This document shows positions 9,382-17,950 of a DNA stretch of 64,000 bases, piece by piece. Every line of letters starts with the position of its first letter. The first letter of the stretch is position 1. Both the position numbers and the translations under genes were made by a program. The notes under the pieces are model-generated. The model saw nothing but the letters and a program-made list of their open reading frames with translations, was not told the origin of the DNA and ran no database searches. This DNA is from Ignavibacteriota bacterium. Lineage in GTDB: Bacteria > Bacteroidota > Ignavibacteria > Ignavibacteriales > Melioribacteraceae. The stretch covers positions 19,349-83,348 of the forward strand of contig JAZDFQ010000098.1 in NCBI GenBank assembly GCA_043807765.1. Reading direction: 5' to 3'.

Positions 9382-9672
9382 ATGAAAAAGTCACTTTTAG
9401 GTTATTCAATAGTCATTCTAAGTTTAGTTTTTCTTTTAACATCGTGCATGCCGGGCGAAGGAAACTACCACGTAAAGAATCTCGCTGGATTTTTCACCGG
9501 AGTATGGCATGGCTGGATTGCGCCATTCTCGCTAGTTATGGGTTTGTTCGACCCGGCAGTACGAGTTTACGAAATCAACAATACCGGCTGGTGGTATGAC
9601 TTTGGCTTTTATATCGCGATCATAAGCGGTTTCGGCGGAGTTTCACTTTTTAGAAAGAAAAAGAAAGATTAA
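9382..9672 (+). CDS. Small membrane lipoprotein, conserved hypothetical
   Basis: Lipobox LTSC; AGFFTGVWHGWIAPFS...YEINNTGWWYDFGF hydrophobic motif. Confidence 0.7.
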   Translation: MKKSLLGYSIVILSLVFLLTSCMPGEGNYHVKNLAGFFTGVWHGWIAPFSLVMGLFDPAVRVYEINNTGWWYDFGFYIAIISGFGGVSLFRKKKKD

Positions 9673-9851
9673 CGGAAAATTTTGCTTACTTTCGTAATAG
9701 AAAGCGCGTTTATTTTGTACTTTAAATTGTGTTAATTCACATTCTTCTGAAAGGAAAAATATCCTCATATATTCAACTCTAATTGTCACACCGTTGAAGC
9801 TATTGGCAAGCGCTTTTTACAAAAAGACTATTTAAAAGTTAGGAAAGAGCA

Positions 9852-11651
9852 ATGAAGTTTTTCGGACATACATTTCACATTCCGGTTCTTGGCGTTGGTT
9901 ATTCGGTTGATGCACCGGCAAAAGTTGCCAAGTACGGTATTTCATCGGTTATATCAATTGTAGATGATATTCTTTTAGAGCAGCTAAGAAAACATTACTA
10001 TCAAAAACTGAACAAGCCATATGTACAAATCTCGCCTAAAGAGGAAGATTCGCGCGCTAAGAGAGTTACTGCTTATTTGAATTTGATGAACGAGATTGTG
10101 AAAGAGCAATTTGAGAAAGTGAAACAATCCGCATTTGAAAAAGGAAGCGAGATAACCAAATATTTTGAAATGCTTCCGGATGTATCTCATCTAAAACAAA
10201 AATACAAAGAGATGTTGGTTGAAAAAGAAGAATCGCTAAAAGCTAAACTTCAAAAGTATTTAAGAGAAAATATTCGTCACGGCGCAATAGATGTTAATAT
10301 TATGACGAAGCTTGATAAATCAAATTACGCTGCAGATGGAACTCAGCTTCCAGGTGAATTTAATGATGCTCATGCGGCACTTCGCGGATATGCAATGAGC
10401 GAACTGGAAAGCTCGCTAATTTTTTCTGCCGGAATGAATCCAAAACTTTACAGCTATCTGGAATCGTTTAAGGATTTTCTACCTAGAGCCGATGGAAGTT
10501 TCAAAAAGAAAATAGTTGTAAAGGTTAGCGATTTCCGCTCGGCGTTAATTCAAGGAAAATTTTTAGCAAAGAAAGGTTTGTGGGTTTCGGAATATAGAAT
10601 TGAAAGCGGATTGAACTGCGGCGGACACGCATTTGCAACGGACGGTTTGTTGCTCGGACCAATTCTCGAGGAATTTAAAAATCGAAAACAAGAATTGATT
10701 GCTTCTGTTAAAGAATTGTTTCATCCGGCAATTAACAAAAAAGAAATTTTTGTTGATGACAGCAAGCTAAGTGTTTCAGTTACTGTTCAGGGTGGTGTTG
10801 GAGTATCAACCGAGCATGAATTTCTTTTGAGAGAATATGGTGTGAACTCTGTTGGATGGGGAAGTCCGTTTCTTCTCGTTCCCGAAGTAATGAATGTTGA
10901 TGAAAAAACTCTTAAGCAGTTATCCGAAGCCGAAGAAGATGATTTTTATTTGAGCAATTCTTCACCGCTCGGAGTTCCGTTCAACAGCATTCGCAATAGT
11001 GGTAAAGACTTAGAACGAATTGAAAGGATGGAAAATGGCAAACCGGGAAGTCCTTGCCCAAAGAAATTTTTAGAGTTTAATAAAGAATTTACAGATAAAC
11101 CCATTTGCACAGCTTCAATTTCATACTTCAAAAAGCTTGATGCGATAAAAAACAATCCGGAATTGGGCGATAAGTATAATGCTGATTTACAAAACGCTAG
11201 CGATAAGAATTGTTTGTGCGAAGGTTTGTCAGCATCTACTTTACTCGTTAAAGGCATTACGGACACAAAACAAAGTTTAGCCGTTGCAATTTGCCCCGGT
11301 CCTAACCTAGCTTATTTTTCAAAAGTAGTATCATTAAAAGAAATGGTTGATCATATTTACGGAAGAATAAATTTAATAACGCATCCAAATAGACCGAACA
11401 TGTTTGTAAAGGAGCTTTCTCTTTATATAGATTTTTTGCAGAAGAAAATTGATGAGCGTGTTGATTTTGTAACAGCGCAAAAAGAGGAATTCTTTAATAC
11501 TTTTCGCGCTAATTTGATAGAAGGAATTAATTACTACAAGAAAATGATTCCGGAAATTTTGGAAGAAACCGATAAGATAAGAGAGAAGATTCAACAAGAT
11601 TTGGATGCGCTAGAAATTAAGCTGATGTCTTACGCTTTGGCCGGAGTTTAA
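9852..11651 (+). CDS. Conserved hypothetical protein; probable FMN-dependent TIM-barrel oxidoreductase (NMO/FabK-like) with Cys-rich C-terminal part
   Basis: 599-aa ORF; IDVNIM, FSAGMNP, IESGLNCGGHAF, VQGGVG, VGWGSPF, SPLGVP occur in NMO/FabK motif order. Confidence 0.6.
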   Translation: MKFFGHTFHIPVLGVGYSVDAPAKVAKYGISSVISIVDDILLEQLRKHYYQKLNKPYVQISPKEEDSRAKRVTAYLNLMNEIVKEQFEKVKQSAFEKGSEITKYFEMLPDVSHLKQKYKEMLVEKEESLKAKLQKYLRENIRHGAIDVNIMTKLDKSNYAADGTQLPGEFNDAHAALRGYAMSELESSLIFSAGMNPKLYSYLESFKDFLPRADGSFKKKIVVKVSDFRSALIQGKFLAKKGLWVSEYRIESGLNCGGHAFATDGLLLGPILEEFKNRKQELIASVKELFHPAINKKEIFVDDSKLSVSVTVQGGVGVSTEHEFLLREYGVNSVGWGSPFLLVPEVMNVDEKTLKQLSEAEEDDFYLSNSSPLGVPFNSIRNSGKDLERIERMENGKPGSPCPKKFLEFNKEFTDKPICTASISYFKKLDAIKNNPELGDKYNADLQNASDKNCLCEGLSASTLLVKGITDTKQSLAVAICPGPNLAYFSKVVSLKEMVDHIYGRINLITHPNRPNMFVKELSLYIDFLQKKIDERVDFVTAQKEEFFNTFRANLIEGINYYKKMIPEILEETDKIREKIQQDLDALEIKLMSYALAGV

Positions 11652-12799
11652 TCAAAATACACGCGAGGTACGCGTGTGTTAATGTTTGTAAGAATTTCGT
11701 AAGGAATTGTTCCGGCCCACTCGGCAAGTTCTTCAACTGTGATGGAGATATTTCCATCACTCCCGATTAAGATTACTTCATCACCATTATAAGCAGAATC
11801 GTTTTCTATATTCACCACTATTTGATCCATCGAAATAACACCCACTACCGGATACCGTTTCCCGCGAATCAATACTTCAGTTTTGTGTGACATGCTTCTC
11901 ATGTATCCATCGCCATAACCAAGTGGAACTGTAACTGCACGAACATCATGCTCGGCTTGCCATTTCATTCCATAACTAACGGTGCTTCCCTCCTTAATTA
12001 TTTTGAAATACACCACTAAAGATTTCCAGCTAAGAGCCGGTTGAACTTCAATTGTTCGTTTAACTTCTTGAGACGGATAAACACCGTAAAGCATTATCCC
12101 GGGACGAACAAGATCGAGAGTAGCTTCCGGTATCTGCAAAATGGCGCCGCTGTTTGCTATATGTTTTAATGGAGAAGGAATGGAATGTTTATCATAAAAA
12201 GAAACAGTTTCTAGAAACCGTTCCAGCTGAATTTTTGAGAATGCTAAATCGATGCTGTCAGAGCTTGCGAAGTGAGAATAGATTCCGGCAATATCAACAT
12301 GCTTACAATTCAAACTTGCTTTCAAAAGTTTTTCGGCGTTGTAGTAATGCACCCCTATTCTTTCCATTCCCGTATCAATCTTAAGATGAACACGCGCACG
12401 TTTTTTCATCTGCGCGGCTACTTCTTCAATTTGATTTAGTTTACCAACTGATGAAGCTGTAATAGAAAGATCGTACTTAACGAAGTGTGGAATTTGATTT
12501 CCCCAGATTCCGCCTAACACCAAGATTGGAATAGTAATTCCGGCTTTACGCAAAAGAATTCCTTCCTCAAGAACAGCAACACCAAGATAATCGGCATTCA
12601 ATTCTTGCATCAATTGAGCGATGCGCACAAGTCCGTGACCGTAAGCGTTGGCTTTAAGCACCGGCATTATCATTGCGCTTCCGGTGTGGGCTTTAATCCT
12701 CTTGAAATTTTCAGCTAGAATTTTCAGATCAACTTCTACTCGGGTTGGTCTTAAAACCTCTTCTTCGTTAATTGTTAGGTGGTTAATCTCGCTGCTCAT
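11648..12799 (-). CDS. alr: Alanine racemase
   Basis: VLKANAYGHG PLP-lysine motif, HLKIDTGMERIG, GYGDGY. Confidence 0.97.
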   Translation of the reverse strand: MSSEINHLTINEEEVLRPTRVEVDLKILAENFKRIKAHTGSAMIMPVLKANAYGHGLVRIAQLMQELNADYLGVAVLEEGILLRKAGITIPILVLGGIWGNQIPHFVKYDLSITASSVGKLNQIEEVAAQMKKRARVHLKIDTGMERIGVHYYNAEKLLKASLNCKHVDIAGIYSHFASSDSIDLAFSKIQLERFLETVSFYDKHSIPSPLKHIANSGAILQIPEATLDLVRPGIMLYGVYPSQEVKRTIEVQPALSWKSLVVYFKIIKEGSTVSYGMKWQAEHDVRAVTVPLGYGDGYMRSMSHKTEVLIRGKRYPVVGVISMDQIVVNIENDSAYNGDEVILIGSDGNISITVEELAEWAGTIPYEILTNINTRVPRVYFD

Positions 12800-12909
12800 T
12801 ATTCAATCATTAATTGTTGTAAAGATAAAATTTTTGAACAAAATAATGCATTGTTCCTTCGCAGCAATTAGTTGTATTTTTCGGCGGTAATTCATAATGA
12901 TAGATAGAA

Positions 12910-13890
12910 ATGAAAGTACTTTTTATAGGTGGAACCGGAGTGATTAGCTCCGGGTGTTCAAAATTATGTGTTGAAAAAGGAATTGATTTATTCCTTTTGA
13001 ACAGGAGTAAATCGCATAGAACACCGCCGGCTAACGCAACCATAATTAATGCAGATATACGCAATGTCAGCGCGGCTCAAAATGCAGTAGCCGGGCATAA
13101 GTTTGATGTTGTTGTTGATTGGATTGCTTTCAACGAAGAACATGTTAAAAACGATTTTGAATTGTTCAAAGATAAAACCCAGCAGTACATTTTTATTAGT
13201 TCGGCGTCCGCTTATCAAAAGCCAATTCCCAAATTGCCAATAACCGAAGAAACGCCGCTCTCAAATCCATTTTGGGCTTATTCACGCGCTAAAATTGATT
13301 GCGAGATTTTTTTGATGTCCATGTACAAAGAGAATGGTTTTCCTGTAACAATTGTTCGTCCATCTCATACATACGATGAAACAAAAAATCCACTTCGAGT
13401 AGATTACCTTCCTTTCTACAGAATGAAAAACAACAAGCCGGTTATAATTCATGATGATGGAAATTCTTTATGGACTTTAACGCACACAAAAGATTTTGCC
13501 AAAGGATTTGTAGGATTGCTTGGAAACAAAAAAACAATTGGCGAGGCTTACCAGATTACTTCTGAAGAGACGCTTACATGGAATGATATAGCGAAGCTGA
13601 TTGCTGAAAAGGCCGGATATGATTTAAAGATAGCTCATATTCCAAGTGAATTTATTAAGAAGTATGATAATGAATGGGGAGACGGATTACTTGGAGATAA
13701 AGCCCATAGCGTTAAGTTTGACAATTCAAAGATCAGAAAAATTGTACCCGAATTTAATCCTCAAATAAAATATGCCGATGGAGCCGCTGAAATAGCCAAC
13801 TGGTATATTCACAAAAAAATGAATCAATACGTCGACAACAATTTAGACCAATTGATGGATGAAATTATTCGCGCCTATTCAAGTAAATAA
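12910..13890 (+). CDS. NAD-dependent epimerase/dehydratase (extended SDR)
   Basis: GGTGVIS Rossmann motif, YIFISSASAY, YSRAK, TIVRPSHTY. Confidence 0.9.
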   Translation: MKVLFIGGTGVISSGCSKLCVEKGIDLFLLNRSKSHRTPPANATIINADIRNVSAAQNAVAGHKFDVVVDWIAFNEEHVKNDFELFKDKTQQYIFISSASAYQKPIPKLPITEETPLSNPFWAYSRAKIDCEIFLMSMYKENGFPVTIVRPSHTYDETKNPLRVDYLPFYRMKNNKPVIIHDDGNSLWTLTHTKDFAKGFVGLLGNKKTIGEAYQITSEETLTWNDIAKLIAEKAGYDLKIAHIPSEFIKKYDNEWGDGLLGDKAHSVKFDNSKIRKIVPEFNPQIKYADGAAEIANWYIHKKMNQYVDNNLDQLMDEIIRAYSSK

Positions 13891-13905
13891 GAAAGAGAGA
13901 GATTT

Positions 13906-14562
13906 ATGAGAAAATTCATGTATGCAAATCTAGTAATACTATTAATTGCACTTTTAAGCTCGCAAATATTTGCTCAAACAACAGATGCGTCGATCAAAAA
14001 ACTTATTGAAGGAAACAAGCGGTATGTGGAAAACAAGCCGACACATCAAAACCAAACGGCAAAAAGAAGAGAAGACGTTGCAAAAGGACAAAAACCATTT
14101 GCCGTTGTTATAACTTGTTCAGACTCGCGAGTGCCTCCGGAAATTTTATTCGACCAAGGAATTGGAGATTTGTTTGTAATTAGAACCGCTGGAAATATTG
14201 TTGACGATATTGGGCTGGGCAGTATTGAATATGCGGTTGAACACTTAAAAGTACCTCTTGTTGTGGTTCTTGGGCATGAACGCTGCGGCGCTGTTGAAGC
14301 GACTGTAAATGGAGGCGAAGCTCCGGGGCATATTAAGGCTCTAGTTGCAAACATAGTTAGAGCTGTTGATAAAGCCCGTGCTAAAAAAGGGGATCTTCTG
14401 GAAAACTCGGTTAAGCAAAACATCGATAATGTAGTTGAACAGATAAGCAAGTCGAAACCAATTTTAGAAGAGTTTGTTCATGCAAAGAAAATTAAAGTTA
14501 TTGGCGCGCGTTACGACTTAGACGACGGCGTAGTAAAGTTTTTTATAAACAGTGGCCATTAA
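13906..14562 (+). CDS. Beta-class carbonic anhydrase with signal peptide
   Basis: CSDSRVPPE, IRTAGN, GHERCGAV zinc ligands. Confidence 0.95.
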   Translation: MRKFMYANLVILLIALLSSQIFAQTTDASIKKLIEGNKRYVENKPTHQNQTAKRREDVAKGQKPFAVVITCSDSRVPPEILFDQGIGDLFVIRTAGNIVDDIGLGSIEYAVEHLKVPLVVVLGHERCGAVEATVNGGEAPGHIKALVANIVRAVDKARAKKGDLLENSVKQNIDNVVEQISKSKPILEEFVHAKKIKVIGARYDLDDGVVKFFINSGH

Positions 14563-14578
14563 TAATAATGTAGCTTAA

Positions 14579-15058
14579 ATGAGAAGCACAAAATTTTTCA
14601 TAGCATTAATTGGCTTTGCACTGCTTTTAGTTTTGGGATGTGTTGATAAAGCAGTAGATCCGATTACAGATTCGCTGGAAGATAATTATGCCAGATGGAA
14701 ATCTCTTGGTATAACGGATTACAGTATTGTTCAATCACAGCTTTGCTTCTGCTTTTATGGCGGTGCTAAAATGATTATTCAAGTAAGGAATAATAAAATT
14801 ATCAGCGTTCATGATTCTGCCGAAGCCAAACTAGTTCCTCAAGATCATTGGCAATGGTTTAAAACAATTGACCAATTGTTCGAAACCGCAATAAAAGCAA
14901 AAAATGAAAAGCCAAATTCATTCTCGGTTAAGTTTGATACAGAATATGGTTTCCCAAATTACTTTTGGGTTGATCCGATTGCGCAAGCTGCGGATGAAGA
15001 GTATGGATACTCCACAACTGGTTTTAGAGAATTAAATATAGAAAGCGAAACGAAGTGA
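14579..15058 (+). CDS. Lipoprotein (DUF6174-like)
   Basis: Lipobox LVLGC; W...GITDY...CFC; TIDQLF...FDTEYGFP. Confidence 0.65.
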   Translation: MRSTKFFIALIGFALLLVLGCVDKAVDPITDSLEDNYARWKSLGITDYSIVQSQLCFCFYGGAKMIIQVRNNKIISVHDSAEAKLVPQDHWQWFKTIDQLFETAIKAKNEKPNSFSVKFDTEYGFPNYFWVDPIAQAADEEYGYSTTGFRELNIESETK

Positions 15059-15672
15059 CTTTTTTACAAATATTTGGCTACACCGCATCGGCTGTAATTG
15101 CTGTTTCCTTAATGATGAGCTCAATCGTTAGATTGAGAATTATAAATCTATTTGGAGCTACTTGTTTTTCCATTTACGGATTTTTAATTGGCGCTTATCC
15201 CGTGTTTATTCTAAACGGATTTATCGCGCTGATCGATATTTATTATCTAATTCAAATTTTTGGCGAGAGAGAATACTTCCGTGTGCTCGAAGTGAAAACC
15301 ACATCAGAGTATCTAGGATACTTCTTAAAATTTCATAGCAAAGAAATCTCTAAATTCATTCCGGCTTTTACATTTGAGCCAAATGAGAATTTCCATGTAA
15401 TGTTTGTTTTGCGGGACACCGTTCCGGCCGGATTAGTGATTTCCGAATATCTTGATGACGATATAGTTTATATGAAACTCGATTTTGCTATCCCCGGTTA
15501 TCGCGATTTCAAGATGGGTAAATATGTTTTCGCTGAAATCTTTAGGCGAAAAAACGTGAAAAAAATTTACAGCGATCCAGGCAACGTAAAACATGAGATG
15601 TATCTAAAGAAAATGGGCTTTGTAAAAGCCGAATACAATTCGAAACAAGTTTATTGTTTGGAAGTGAAATAA
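15055..15672 (+). CDS. Membrane protein (YgjV-like N-terminus) with soluble GNAT-like C-terminal region
   Basis: Three hydrophobic segments (SIVRLRIINLFGA), then LDFAIPGYRDFKMGKYVF...YLKKMGF. Confidence 0.5.
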   Translation: MTFLQIFGYTASAVIAVSLMMSSIVRLRIINLFGATCFSIYGFLIGAYPVFILNGFIALIDIYYLIQIFGEREYFRVLEVKTTSEYLGYFLKFHSKEISKFIPAFTFEPNENFHVMFVLRDTVPAGLVISEYLDDDIVYMKLDFAIPGYRDFKMGKYVFAEIFRRKNVKKIYSDPGNVKHEMYLKKMGFVKAEYNSKQVYCLEVK

Positions 15673-15674
15673 GA

Positions 15675-16541
15675 ATGAATAAAACTAAACTGAGCTATGC
15701 TTTTCTGCTATTGTCTGCAATTTCAATAATTACTGCACAGAACAACTCTAAAGAAGAACCAACTGCTTCTCCGGTTACTATTAACAGAACCGAGGTTCAT
15801 AAGATTACTTCCATAGCAAACGGAAATCTTTATCCAATCTACATTGCACTTCCGGGCAGTTATAATTATACATCAAAAAAGTATCCGGTTGTCTTTATGC
15901 TTGATGCTTACTCATCGTTCGGTACAATGACGCAGATGGTAAGGCTGCTTGCTTTTAATAAAGAATTGCCGGAATTAATTATTGTTGGTATTTCTTCAGA
16001 AGGCGGCTCCAAAGAATTTAATTACAATAGGATGAGAGATTATACGCCAACTGAATTGAAAAGTGAAAAAGAAAAGCTTCTCTTTCCGGTTTCCGGCGGC
16101 GGCAAAAAGTTCTTACAGTTTATAAAAGAAGAATTAATTCCATTTGTTGAATCGAAATACAGAATTAATAAAGATGATAAAACATTGGTTGGGCATTCGC
16201 TTGGTGGATTGTTTGTGTTTTACACATTGTTTAGCGAACCATACTTGTTTAACAAATATGTATCTGTTAGTCCGGCATTAATGCTTGATGATGAGTTTCT
16301 TTTGAAACTAGAAAAGTCTTTTGCGGAGAAAAACAGTAAGCTAAATGTTTCTGTTTACACGACTATAGGATCGCTTGAAGATTCAACCTTCATAGAGCCG
16401 TGGAAAAAATTAGTCGATTCAATAAAAACACACGAGTACGAAGGCTTAAAATTGAAAAGCGAAATAGCAAATAATGAAACACATTATACAATAATACCCT
16501 ATATAGCTACTCACGGATTAAAATCGGAGTTTGAAAAATGA
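15675..16541 (+). CDS. Alpha/beta-hydrolase esterase (IroE/BesA-like), secreted
   Basis: GHSLGG nucleophile elbow; KKYPVVFMLDA; RMRDYTP. Confidence 0.85.
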   Translation: MNKTKLSYAFLLLSAISIITAQNNSKEEPTASPVTINRTEVHKITSIANGNLYPIYIALPGSYNYTSKKYPVVFMLDAYSSFGTMTQMVRLLAFNKELPELIIVGISSEGGSKEFNYNRMRDYTPTELKSEKEKLLFPVSGGGKKFLQFIKEELIPFVESKYRINKDDKTLVGHSLGGLFVFYTLFSEPYLFNKYVSVSPALMLDDEFLLKLEKSFAEKNSKLNVSVYTTIGSLEDSTFIEPWKKLVDSIKTHEYEGLKLKSEIANNETHYTIIPYIATHGLKSEFEK

Positions 16542-17281
16542 AAATAACTTTTGAAGCGTGTGTTGATTCGGTTGAATCTTCTTTGAATGCACAGCAAGGC
16601 GGCGCTGATAGAATTGAATTATGCGCGGATTTGTTGGAAGGTGGAATAACACCAAGTTACGCAATGCTTAAACTAGTGATCGAGAAATTAACAATTCCGG
16701 TGAATGTTCTTGTTCGTCCGCGAGGTGGAGACTTTCTTTACACGGATTACGAATTTGAAGTGATAATGAGAGATATAGAATATTGTAAACAAATTGGTGT
16801 TAATGGGGTTGTCATCGGTATTCTGAATGATGATGGTACTGTAGATAAAGTTAGAACTAAAGAGTTGGTCAAAGCAGCTAGGCCGATGAGCGTTACATTT
16901 CACCGTGCGTTTGATATGACTCGCGATCCAATAGAAGCTGTAAATACGTTGATCGAACTTGGCGTGGATAGATTGTTAACTTCCGGCCAAGAAGCCGATG
17001 TTTACAAAGGCATTTCTACTTTGAAGAAAATAGTTGAGCATGCCGGCAATAAAATTGTGATAATGCCCGGTGGTGGAGTTACTGAAACAAATATCAAAGA
17101 AGTTGTAGAAAAAACGGGAGTAAAAGAAATTCATGCTTCGGCTAGAGAAAGAGAGAGAAGCAAAATGAAATACATGAATTCAAAAACTTCTATGAGTGAT
17201 TCCCAAAACATGGAAGAGTACGATTTAATGATTACATCTGCGGAAAGTATCCGCACGATGATTAACGCAATAAGTTGTTAA
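16538..17281 (+). CDS. cutC: CutC-family protein
   Basis: GADRIELC, GGITPS, VRPRGGDF, TFHRAFD, LTSGQ, MPGGG. Confidence 0.95.
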   Translation: MKITFEACVDSVESSLNAQQGGADRIELCADLLEGGITPSYAMLKLVIEKLTIPVNVLVRPRGGDFLYTDYEFEVIMRDIEYCKQIGVNGVVIGILNDDGTVDKVRTKELVKAARPMSVTFHRAFDMTRDPIEAVNTLIELGVDRLLTSGQEADVYKGISTLKKIVEHAGNKIVIMPGGGVTETNIKEVVEKTGVKEIHASARERERSKMKYMNSKTSMSDSQNMEEYDLMITSAESIRTMINAISC

Positions 17282-17296
17282 AGGAAAAATATAGAA

Positions 17297-17950
17297 ATGA
17301 ATGATTTGGAAATAATTTATGAAGACGACAATATAATAGCAGTTAATAAGCCGGAGGGCTTGGCTTCAATACATGACAGCGCGGGCGAGAAGGAAGATTT
17401 ACAGACGCTTCTTTCAGAACGATGCAAACTGAAGGTGTTTGTTGTTCACCGTTTAGATAAAGAAGTTAGCGGAGTGATTTTATTCGCGAAGAATGCGGCA
17501 ACTCATAAAATGCTTAACAAACAATTTGCAGAAAGAACAGTAAAGAAAAGTTACATCGCCCTTGTTCACGGAAAAGTTATTAAAGATGAAGGTTCGATTA
17601 ATAAACCGATACGCGAGTTTGGTTCCGGCAGAATGGGAATAGATGAAGCAAAAGGCAAACCTAGCAAAACGTTATATAAAGTTATCAAACGATATCCGTC
17701 ATATTCTTTAATTGAATTGAATCCGACAACCGGAAGAAGACATCAGATTCGCGTTCATCTTTACTATATAAGCAACTCTATAGTCGGAGATATTCGCTAC
17801 GGAGAGAAGGTGCTTCAAGAACAGTATCCGCGCTTAATGCTTCATGCCAAGGAAGTTATTGTTGCGATGAATGACGGGACTGAAAAATCGTTCACCGCTG
17901 AAGTTCCTCAATCATTTTCAAAATACCTTCAAGTTATAAACGAAGGATAA
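17297..17950 (+). CDS. RluA-family pseudouridine synthase
   Basis: VHRLDKEVSG catalytic motif, TGRRHQIRVHL, GDIRYG. Confidence 0.93.
   Translation: MNDLEIIYEDDNIIAVNKPEGLASIHDSAGEKEDLQTLLSERCKLKVFVVHRLDKEVSGVILFAKNAATHKMLNKQFAERTVKKSYIALVHGKVIKDEGSINKPIREFGSGRMGIDEAKGKPSKTLYKVIKRYPSYSLIELNPTTGRRHQIRVHLYYISNSIVGDIRYGEKVLQEQYPRLMLHAKEVIVAMNDGTEKSFTAEVPQSFSKYLQVINEG

Noticed and set aside
9727-9742. Rex/CRP-like site TTGTGTTAATTCACAT upstream of the 599-aa gene
   Set aside because: Half-site spacing is 2 bp shorter than either consensus
17918-17950. 33-bp convergent overlap of RluA and barrel genes
   Set aside because: Ordinary tail-to-tail overlap in a compact genome
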